From positions 1 to 36,691 of the IMG/VR virus record IMGVR_UViG_3300045988_165663: a stretch of DNA of 36,691 nt; one strand, given 5' to 3'. The translations under genes and the position numbers were made by a program. Every line of letters begins with the position of its first letter. The stretch's first letter is position 1. Source of the stretch: a virus. Positions 7,531-13,622 of this stretch are shown piece after piece. Under the pieces are notes generated by a model. The model ran no database searches. It had not been told where the DNA came from and worked only from the letters and a program-made list of their open reading frames with translations.

Positions 7531-8319
7531 ATGGAAAAACTTAGTTTAACACAAGAGGATTACAGGGCTTATCCAGCATTAAGCACTAGCGATATTAAGC
7601 AAGTGCTAGATAATCCTTACAAGTTTAGAATCGGCTTTAAGACAGAGGAAACTCCAGCAATGAAGCTAGGTAGCTTGGTGCATACCCTTGTATTAGAGCC
7701 TTCAGAGTTTAATAAAACCTATGCAATAGCGCCCATCGCGGATAAACGCACAAAAGAGGGCAAATCAATATGGGCGGAGTTTTCAGAAGCAAATCAAGAC
7801 AAAATCATTATAGATTCTGCCATGTATGAAACCGCTAAAGGAATGCTACATAGCTTAAAAACAAGCGGGGTTTTTGAGAGATACTTTACACAAGGCGAGG
7901 CAGAGTCTAGCTACATAGGCGAGGCTTTAGGTGCAAAAATAAAGGTGCGTCCGGATTTCTTTAATCTTGAAAAAAACCTTATAGTGGATTTGAAATGCGT
8001 TAGTAATGCCAGTGCAAAGGGATTTCAAAGACTATGCGCTAACCTTAGATATTACATACAAGCCTATTTGTATATGAAAATCACGGGTGCTAAGCAGTTT
8101 ATCTTTGTGGCTATTGAAACCAAAGAACCTTACACAATAGGCATTTATGAGTTGGATTACATAGCCTTAGAATTAGCAGAAGCAGAGGTTAAAAAAGCCT
8201 TGCAGATAATAAGCGATATGGACGAGCTAGACAATATTATAAACGTGTATGGCTACCAGAGCATAGAGCCGGTTATGTTGGCACTCCCAAACTATGTTTT
8301 TTATGATAGCGAGGCATAA
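7531..8319 (+). CDS. PD-(D/E)XK family exonuclease (phage recombination exonuclease, YqaJ/Cas4-like fold)
   Basis: RPDFF...LIVDLKCV (D...D-x-K) motif plus a QAYLY segment. Located upstream of the annealase and SSB genes. Confidence 0.65.
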   Translation: MEKLSLTQEDYRAYPALSTSDIKQVLDNPYKFRIGFKTEETPAMKLGSLVHTLVLEPSEFNKTYAIAPIADKRTKEGKSIWAEFSEANQDKIIIDSAMYETAKGMLHSLKTSGVFERYFTQGEAESSYIGEALGAKIKVRPDFFNLEKNLIVDLKCVSNASAKGFQRLCANLRYYIQAYLYMKITGAKQFIFVAIETKEPYTIGIYELDYIALELAEAEVKKALQIISDMDELDNIINVYGYQSIEPVMLALPNYVFYDSEA

Positions 8320-8320
8320 C

Positions 8321-8881
8321 ATGGGAGGCGTGAAAAAGGTTAAGGGCTTTTGGGTAGATAAGAATAACAATTGCTGGGATTCTTTAATCTACACAAAAGA
8401 GGAAGCCTTAGAGTATTCTAAGAGCTTAGAAAATTGTAGAGATTGCGTTAATTGTATCAAGTGTAAAAATTGCATATCTTGTATAAATTGTGATAATTGT
8501 ATCAATTGCAAAGAGTGCAAAGACTGCACACATTGTGATATTTGTGAAAATTGCATCTTTTGTAAAGGTTGCAGAGAGTGTCAGGATTGCTATTCTTGCA
8601 AAAATTGTAAGGTTTGCAAATCTTGTAAGTATTGCGATGATTGCAGGGCTTGTATTGATTGTGAGGATTGTAAAGAGTGTGAAAAATGCTCAGCAAGTTA
8701 TCGTTGTGCATCTTGTAAATCTTGTATAGGTTGCTTTGATTGTAATTTTTGCGATGATTGTAGTCGTTGTAAAGATTGCGGATATTGTGTATATTGCAGT
8801 GGTTGTAAAACTTGTAGAAATTGTAAGTGGTGCAAGGATTATAAAGAGCGTTTTAATATCCACTTAAGAGCAGAATCATAA
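8321..8881 (+). CDS. cysteine-triplet repeat protein: about 44 consecutive X-X-Cys units after a 45-aa unique N-terminus
   Basis: Preferred start is ATG 8321, just after the upstream stop at 8317..8319. The translation reads NCRDCVNCIKCKNCISCINCDNCINCKECKDC... with Cys at every third residue over about 135 aa. The DNA shows a 9-nt periodic TGY signal across 8432..8836. Confidence 0.6.
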   Translation: MGGVKKVKGFWVDKNNNCWDSLIYTKEEALEYSKSLENCRDCVNCIKCKNCISCINCDNCINCKECKDCTHCDICENCIFCKGCRECQDCYSCKNCKVCKSCKYCDDCRACIDCEDCKECEKCSASYRCASCKSCIGCFDCNFCDDCSRCKDCGYCVYCSGCKTCRNCKWCKDYKERFNIHLRAES

Positions 8882-8999
8882 TTAGTTTGGTGCAGATTTA
8901 AGGCATCTGCAGGAAGCGTAAAGCTAGCCATCTCTTTATACCATCGGTATTCGAGCATTGGCATTATATCAAAATTTTTCTTGATTTCAACACAAATCG

Positions 9000-9062
9000 C
9001 AATTAAGTATTTTTTAAGAAATAATTACTTATAATTACACACATATAAATAAAGGAGCTTAT
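9000..9062 (+). promoter_or_regulatory. promoter/RBS cassette copy (TATAAT 9030..9035)
   Basis: AATTAAGTATTTTTTAAGAAATAATTACTTATAATTACAC...ATAAAGGAGCTTATATG. Confidence 0.45.
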
Positions 9063-9692
9063 ATGGAAAAAACAATCTACAAAAAGTTAATGGAAATACA
9101 GTCGAGTTTAAAGGCTAACAAAAGCCGTTTTAATAAGTTTGGGGGCTTTTCATACAGAAGCGCAGAGGATATTTTGGAAGCAGTGAAGCCCTTGCTAAAA
9201 CAAAATGGCTTAGTGCTTGTTTGTAGTGATAGTATAGACAATGGAATCCTAACCGCTACTTATAGCTTAATTGATGTGGATACCGGCGAATCGGTTACTA
9301 ATAGCGCAGTGGCTATTGTAGGCGAGCATAAAGGTATGAGTGCAGAGCAGAACACGGGGTGCGCTAGTAGCTATGCAAGGAAATACGCACTTAATGGCTT
9401 GTTTGCTATCGATGATAGCAGTGCAGACCCGGATTCTATGCCAGCAGAAAAAGAAGCTAAGCCTATGCCAGCAGAAAAATCTAAAGCAAAGAGCGAGCTA
9501 TTGGAAGCTAAAAAGCTACTAATGAAAGCCTTTAATGATGCCGGTGTAAAAAACAATAACGATATTAAGGAAATCTTGGAGTCAATCAAACTAGATACAA
9601 ACAATCCGGAAACAATAAAGGAATTTTTAAGTTTAAACCATAGAGAGATTATCCGAGAAAACATGAGAAAAATTGCAGAGAAGGTATTTTAA
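9063..9692 (+). CDS. single-strand annealing protein, Erf-like
   Basis: N-terminal KLMEIQSSL...FSYRSAEDILEAVKPLLKQNGL and central GCASSYARKYALNGLFAIDD resemble Erf-family SSAPs. Sits in an exonuclease-SSAP-SSB gene order. Confidence 0.55.
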   Translation: MEKTIYKKLMEIQSSLKANKSRFNKFGGFSYRSAEDILEAVKPLLKQNGLVLVCSDSIDNGILTATYSLIDVDTGESVTNSAVAIVGEHKGMSAEQNTGCASSYARKYALNGLFAIDDSSADPDSMPAEKEAKPMPAEKSKAKSELLEAKKLLMKAFNDAGVKNNNDIKEILESIKLDTNNPETIKEFLSLNHREIIRENMRKIAEKVF

Positions 9693-9694
9693 GT

Positions 9695-9701
9695 GGGGGG
9701 G
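9695..9701 (+). repeat. poly-G (G7) forming the RBS of ssb
   Basis: TAAgtGGGGGGGtgctaaATG read directly. Confidence 0.7.
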
Positions 9702-9707
9702 TGCTAA

Positions 9708-10169
9708 ATGCTTAATAATCTATCAATCTTAGGACGCGTTACAAAACCGCTAGAATTAAGGTATTTGCAGAATGGAACAGCGGTGCTAAATTTCGATATA
9801 GCAAACTCTCTCAAGGTAAAAGATAGCGAGCCAGTTGTTACATATCTTAGGTGCGTGTGCTATGGTAGAGGTGCAGAGGTTATTAATCAGTTTGTAGGAA
9901 AAGGGGATAGAGTGCTTTTGCAAGGGGAGTTAAGGCAAAATAGCTACAAAGACTCTACTGGTGCTACAAAGACTTATCACTACTTGCAAGTGAATAATTT
10001 TGACTTTATAGAATTTAAGAACAAAAAACAAACACAAAATCCAGAAGCAACACAACAAGCACAAGGTAAGCAAGGGGAGAGCATTATGGGATATGTTAAA
10101 GATGCCATGAAACCAAAAACCCAGAAAACAATAGACTTTGAAATATCAGACGATGATATACCATTTTAA
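9708..10169 (+). CDS. ssb: single-stranded DNA-binding protein
   Basis: OB-fold N-terminus (LSILGRVTKPLELRYLQNGTAVLNFDIA), Gln/Gly-rich linker and acidic C-terminal tail DDDIPF. Confidence 0.9.
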   Translation: MLNNLSILGRVTKPLELRYLQNGTAVLNFDIANSLKVKDSEPVVTYLRCVCYGRGAEVINQFVGKGDRVLLQGELRQNSYKDSTGATKTYHYLQVNNFDFIEFKNKKQTQNPEATQQAQGKQGESIMGYVKDAMKPKTQKTIDFEISDDDIPF

Positions 10170-10177
10170 AAGGAGTA

Positions 10178-10438
10178 TTGATGGAATTTAAGTTTAAAGC
10201 ACACAAACAATATAGTAGAAAAGATGTAGCTAAAGCCTTTAATAAGACTATTTACAATATAGACACACAATCCAGAAAATATAAAGCAAACGGGGGCAGA
10301 AAAGGGCTTTTAAATAGTAACCAGCAAGTGCCTTTCGTGGTATTTGCAAGCAGAATAATAAGAAACACGCCAGAGGAGTTTTGGGGCTTTTTCTTAGATG
10401 ATAACAACTTTACAAACTTTGATATTGTTAAGGATTAA
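10178..10438 (+). CDS. hypothetical protein (86 aa)
   Basis: ORF with RBS AAAGGAG. Confidence 0.45.
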   Translation: MMEFKFKAHKQYSRKDVAKAFNKTIYNIDTQSRKYKANGGRKGLLNSNQQVPFVVFASRIIRNTPEEFWGFFLDDNNFTNFDIVKD

Positions 10439-10442
10439 TGGC

Positions 10443-10682
10443 TTGAAATATATTCTTTTGCTTATGTGCGTGGTTGTGCTTGGTGGGTGCTTTAGTACTA
10501 AAGAGAGGGTAGTGTATATCCCCCAAAGATGCGATATAATCTACCCAGCTTATCCATTGCCTAGAGGCAATGCAGTAGAAAACCTTAAAGAGCTTGCTAT
10601 TTACACAGAGAAGCTAGAATGCTCCTTAGATTTTTGCATAAACGGCGAGAATCTTATACCAAATTGCAAGATTGAGAGGTAA
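10443..10682 (+). CDS. lipoprotein (TTG start; signal MKYILLLMCVVVLGGC, lipobox LGG-C)
   Basis: In-frame TTG 10443 lies 8 nt after AAGGA. Classic lipoprotein signal peptide with four further Cys. Candidate o-spanin or superinfection-exclusion lipoprotein. Confidence 0.45.
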   Translation: MKYILLLMCVVVLGGCFSTKERVVYIPQRCDIIYPAYPLPRGNAVENLKELAIYTEKLECSLDFCINGENLIPNCKIER

Positions 10683-10692
10683 AGGGTTGTTA

Positions 10693-10854
10693 ATGCTTAA
10701 GCGAATGTTTTTTTATTTCAGATGGTTTTTAATTGGCAAAAATCATTGCATGGTTAGCGATGAAATGAAGTGCTTGTTTTGGGTGTTTCACAAGACTCTT
10801 TGGTGTGCGATTAGTTTTTCTTTGTGTTTTACTTTCTACATGATTTTTTTATAA
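10693..10854 (+). CDS. small aromatic/hydrophobic protein (possible membrane peptide)
   Basis: ORF-track ORF 10672..10854, trimmed to ATG 10693 (MLKRMFFYFRWFLIG...). Weak call. Confidence 0.25.
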   Translation: MLKRMFFYFRWFLIGKNHCMVSDEMKCLFWVFHKTLWCAISFSLCFTFYMIFL

Positions 10855-10864
10855 GTTTCTAGGA

Positions 10865-10873
10865 GGGGGGGGG
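10865..10873 (+). repeat. poly-G (G9) forming the RBS of the 10880 membrane-protein gene
   Basis: aggaGGGGGGGGGtgtgtaTTG read directly. The TTG start lies 6 nt downstream. Confidence 0.8.
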
Positions 10874-10879
10874 TGTGTA

Positions 10880-11176
10880 TTGACTCAACATGAAATAGAG
10901 CAGCTTTTAAGCCTAATACCCATCTTTTTGATTGGAATCTTGGTTGGAATTTCTAGCTATTTAACGCAGGAAACAGAAGCAAAAAAGACTTTCAAATATC
11001 TATTAAAGCAAATATTGCTTAGCGTATCTTTATGCTTAATTGTATTTAGCTTGCTTAGCATTTCAGAGTTGCCGTATCTTGCAAAAATAGGAATATCATG
11101 CGCCTTTGGATTCTTTGGAATAGACAAAGCCTTAGATATAGTTAAAAATATCCTTAGCCTAAAGGGTGGCAAGTGA
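10880..11176 (+). CDS. membrane protein, 2-3 TM (holin-like candidate)
   Basis: TTG start. Hydrophobic segments LSLIPIFLIGILVGISSYL, ILLSVSLCLIVFSLLSI and ISCAFGFFGI. Confidence 0.5.
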   Translation: MTQHEIEQLLSLIPIFLIGILVGISSYLTQETEAKKTFKYLLKQILLSVSLCLIVFSLLSISELPYLAKIGISCAFGFFGIDKALDIVKNILSLKGGK

Positions 11177-11382
11177 TTTACTTCAGAGTCTTAGTTTTAT
11201 ACATATTCACATTAAGCGTTTCATGCAACATATACCTAGCGATATACTTAAACGATATGAAAAAGGCTTTGGGTTTATACAAAGAGATTATTTACGATGC
11301 CACACATATAGACTTGAACTTGTTAAGAGAAGCAGTTATCGACAAGATAATCAGCGACAAGGAAAATGTTAAGTATAAATAA
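11173..11382 (+). CDS. hypothetical small protein (GTGA-overlapped)
   Basis: GTG 11173 overlaps stop 11174..11176. N-terminal hydrophobic stretch. Weak call. Confidence 0.3.
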   Translation: MIYFRVLVLYIFTLSVSCNIYLAIYLNDMKKALGLYKEIIYDATHIDLNLLREAVIDKIISDKENVKYK

Positions 11383-11677
11383 ATGCCTAATTCTTGGAAT
11401 CGGCTTTGCATTTATCTCATTGGCAACGGGTCTCTTTTACTATAAAAACAAATATGAAAACGCATTGGTTAAGCTAGGCAGTGTGGAAAATAGCCTAGAT
11501 ATACAAAACAAGGCTATAAAGCAAAAGGAGTTGGCATTAGAGGCTTATAAAAATAATCTTAAGGATATAGAGACAAACATTAAGAGCAGGTATAAAAGCG
11601 TTAATGTTTCACATGAAAACTGCGAGAGCGAGCTTAAGGAAATAAATAGGATTTTAGAGGTTTTTTATAATAGATAA
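11366..11677 (+). CDS. N-terminal TM + periplasmic coiled-coil protein (i-spanin-like candidate)
   Basis: LILGIGFAFISLATGLFYY followed by a heptad-rich region KAIKQKELALEAYKNNLKDIETNIK. This is the Rz-like architecture. Confidence 0.4.
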   Translation: MLSINKCLILGIGFAFISLATGLFYYKNKYENALVKLGSVENSLDIQNKAIKQKELALEAYKNNLKDIETNIKSRYKSVNVSHENCESELKEINRILEVFYNR

Positions 11678-11688
11678 GGGGGCTTATC

Positions 11689-12072
11689 TTGAGAGGTTTT
11701 AATAAGTTTAGAAACATAAAGATAAATAATGCCACTTTTGGCAAATTCGATTCTACATTGGAATACAACACTTTTTTGTATCTCCTAGCACTACAACAAC
11801 ACGGGAAAATATCAGAGTTAAAAAGACAAGTAGCAATCGATTTAACTCCGCTAAAGCAAAAGCATAAGGTTAAGTATGTATGCGATTTTCTCTATAAAGA
11901 CAAGGAACGCGGGTTAATTATTGCAGACGCTAAAGGTATGTTAAGGCCAGAGTATAGAGTTAAGAGAGAGTGGTTGTTATACCAGTTTAAGGGATTTGTT
12001 TTTATTGAATTCTACAAAGAGAAAATAAAAGAGTATCTGCCATCAGGGAGTATTGATATTTTTAGTAATTAA
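11689..12072 (+). CDS. DUF1064-like phage protein (predicted restriction-endonuclease-like fold)
   Basis: FDSTLEYNTFLYLLALQQHGKISELKRQVAIDLTP...VKYVCDFLYKDKERGLIIADAKG matches the pattern recalled for DUF1064 phage proteins. TTG start with GGGGG RBS. Confidence 0.5.
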   Translation: MRGFNKFRNIKINNATFGKFDSTLEYNTFLYLLALQQHGKISELKRQVAIDLTPLKQKHKVKYVCDFLYKDKERGLIIADAKGMLRPEYRVKREWLLYQFKGFVFIEFYKEKIKEYLPSGSIDIFSN

Positions 12073-12130
12073 GTATTATTTAAGAATAAATAGTTATAAT
12101 TACAGCGTAAATTTAAATAAAGGAGCTAGA
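12068..12130 (+). promoter_or_regulatory. promoter/RBS cassette, near-consensus copy (TATAAT 12095..12100)
   Basis: TAATTAAGTATTATTTAAGAATAAATAGTTATAATTACAGCG...ATAAAGGAGCTAGAATG. Confidence 0.55.
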
Positions 12131-12874
12131 ATGAAAAGAGAGATAGAATATATCTATGGGGATAAAGACAATAATATACTAAGACAACGCGTTTCTAAGT
12201 TAGGCAATATAAGACACGGGCTTACGATATGTTATTACAATGCGAGAACCCCTTGCAATATAAGACACGGGCTTACGATATGTTATTACAATGTGAGAAC
12301 CCCTTATCGCAAGATTCTTTATAAGTTTGGCAAGAGGGTTGCAGAATTATTCTTGTTTGAGAATAGCAAAGGCGATATTGTAAAGTCTAAGACAAACTCT
12401 TTTTCTGAATTAGTCAAAGAGGGCAGAAAAACCATATTAAAGGAATGGCAAGCAACAAAAAGAGGGGTGTTTTTAAAATCTGAAGCAGAAATAAAGAATG
12501 GTGTTTTGCATGGCAAAAAAGTCGTTTATGATTCTGATGGCTGGGTTAGTCAAATTATGCAATATAGAGATGGTAAGCTTGAGGGCGCGTCTTATTCTTA
12601 CAACAAAGATGCTGATATTGTAACCGAGATAAATTATAAAAATGATGTTAGACACGGCGAGGCTTTTCTTGTTGGAAGCTCCATGTTTGGCGAGGGCGCG
12701 CTTACAAAAGGTGTGCGAGTTTTAAGCGATAAATCCACTAGTAATAAAGAGTTTGTAGCACTATATGAAAATGGCAATGTAATCGAGTTATATTTCTCTA
12801 GGTTTGGCATAAAAATAGCAAAGGTGCATGAGAATATGATTAGTGAAATCATATTGCACGGGGATTTACCATAA
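12131..12874 (+). CDS. MORN-repeat-containing protein, paralogue 4, with an in-frame 51-bp tandem duplication near the N-terminus
   Basis: Start chosen at ATG 12131 (RBS AAGGAG) rather than the track's 12053. C-terminal KNGVLHGKKVVYDSDGWVSQIMQYRDGKLEGASYSYNKDADIVTEINYKNDVRHGEAF MORN units. Duplication NIRHGLTICYYNARTPC / NIRHGLTICYYNVRTPY. Confidence 0.6.
   Translation: MKREIEYIYGDKDNNILRQRVSKLGNIRHGLTICYYNARTPCNIRHGLTICYYNVRTPYRKILYKFGKRVAELFLFENSKGDIVKSKTNSFSELVKEGRKTILKEWQATKRGVFLKSEAEIKNGVLHGKKVVYDSDGWVSQIMQYRDGKLEGASYSYNKDADIVTEINYKNDVRHGEAFLVGSSMFGEGALTKGVRVLSDKSTSNKEFVALYENGNVIELYFSRFGIKIAKVHENMISEIILHGDLP
12206..12307 (+). repeat. 51-bp direct tandem duplication (2 copies, 2 mismatches) inside the CDS
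   Basis: AATATAAGACACGGGCTTACGATATGTTATTACAATG(C/T)GAGAACCCCTT(GC/AT) at 12206..12256 and 12257..12307. Confidence 0.85.
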
Positions 12875-12882
12875 GGGGGGGG
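12875..12882 (+). repeat. poly-G (G8) between the stop at 12872..12874 and ATG 12885
   Basis: ccaTAAGGGGGGGGttATG read directly. Confidence 0.8.
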
Positions 12883-12884
12883 TT

Positions 12885-13058
12885 ATGACATTGTATGTTA
12901 CCTATAAAGACGGCAGGCATTCTTATATTGAAACGAAAAATATGGTAGATATTAAAGATTCTAAAGGGGATAAATACGTTGTCTTGAGTGAAAAAGAGTA
13001 TAAAAAGTTGCTTGCAGAGATTGAGTATTTAAAGAAAAATCCAGTTTTATTTAATTAA
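12885..13058 (+). CDS. small hypothetical protein (57 aa)
   Basis: ATG 12885 lies right after the G8 tract. The ORF-track version (12843..) is extended upstream only through the G tract. Confidence 0.4.
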   Translation: MTLYVTYKDGRHSYIETKNMVDIKDSKGDKYVVLSEKEYKKLLAEIEYLKKNPVLFN

Positions 13059-13113
13059 GTAAAGATTAAGTAATAAATAAATATAATTATACAAATTAAA
13101 TAAAGGAGCTAGA
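13053..13113 (+). promoter_or_regulatory. promoter/RBS cassette copy (TATAAT 13082..13087)
   Basis: TAATTAAGTAAAGATTAAGTAATAAATAAATATAATTATACA...ATAAAGGAGCTAGAGTG. Confidence 0.45.
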
Positions 13114-13410
13114 GTGCAAGAGGTTAAGGAAGCATTAAAGAATATCTTTATGGGTATAGCGCTAGGCATTGTGATGGCAGGATTCGTGTTATCCATTATT
13201 GAAGGACGGCTATTGCTGGCATCGAGAGAGAATTACGGCTTAATATCTTTTTATATATTTGTGCTAATTACTACATTGTCAATTTTTGTTTATCTCTTTA
13301 AAGATGGGATAAACAACACTACTTTAGCAATAGGCATTCTAAGCGCAATTGGGTTTGTAATAAGCGAGATTCTTATATCCCTTGACTTAGTGCTAGCTTT
13401 TTCATTTTAA
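13114..13410 (+). CDS. membrane protein, 3 TM (holin / superinfection-exclusion candidate)
   Basis: GTG start. Hydrophobic helices GIALGIVMAGFVLSII, LISFYIFVLITTLSIFVYLF and LAIGILSAIGFVISEILI. Confidence 0.5.
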   Translation: MQEVKEALKNIFMGIALGIVMAGFVLSIIEGRLLLASRENYGLISFYIFVLITTLSIFVYLFKDGINNTTLAIGILSAIGFVISEILISLDLVLAFSF

Positions 13411-13418
13411 GGGGTGCA

Positions 13419-13619
13419 GTGATGGCAATGTTTGTATGGTTTTTAGTGCTAACAAGTGCCAGCATTTATGCGCTTTTTGGAGTTGCTATCGAAGCAGGGA
13501 AAGAATCTTGCTTTAAGGTTAAGTGGTATTGGTGGCTAATTGTAGGAGGGCTATGTATGCTCTTTTTATGCTTGGATATTTATTTGCTATATAAGACTTT
13601 TAATGCTTTAAGGGCCTAA
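13419..13619 (+). CDS. membrane protein, 2 TM
   Basis: FVWFLVLTSASIYALFGVAI and WWLIVGGLCMLFLCLDIYLL. Confidence 0.45.
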   Translation: MMAMFVWFLVLTSASIYALFGVAIEAGKESCFKVKWYWWLIVGGLCMLFLCLDIYLLYKTFNALRA

Positions 13620-13622
13620 AGA

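Noticed and set aside
8294-8320. Start of the Cys-repeat gene at 8294 (inside the exonuclease gene)
   Set aside because: ATG 8321 lies 1 nt after the exonuclease stop and avoids a 26-nt overlap. The upstream residues (MFFMIARHN) look like read-through of the neighbouring frame.
8490-8729. ORF-track ORFs 8490..8729 (+) and 8502..8711 (-) inside the Cys-repeat gene
   Set aside because: They are alternative-frame readings of the 9-nt periodic repeat, giving low-complexity Ile/Val/Ala or Asn/His-rich products. The Cys frame is the one with a proper start and stop and a unique N-terminus.
12053-12130. Upstream extension of the MORN-like gene to ATG 12053 as in the ORF track
   Set aside because: The extension overlaps the previous gene and runs through the promoter/RBS cassette. 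ATG 12131 has a perfect AAGGAG RBS and matches the start context of the other cassette-driven genes.
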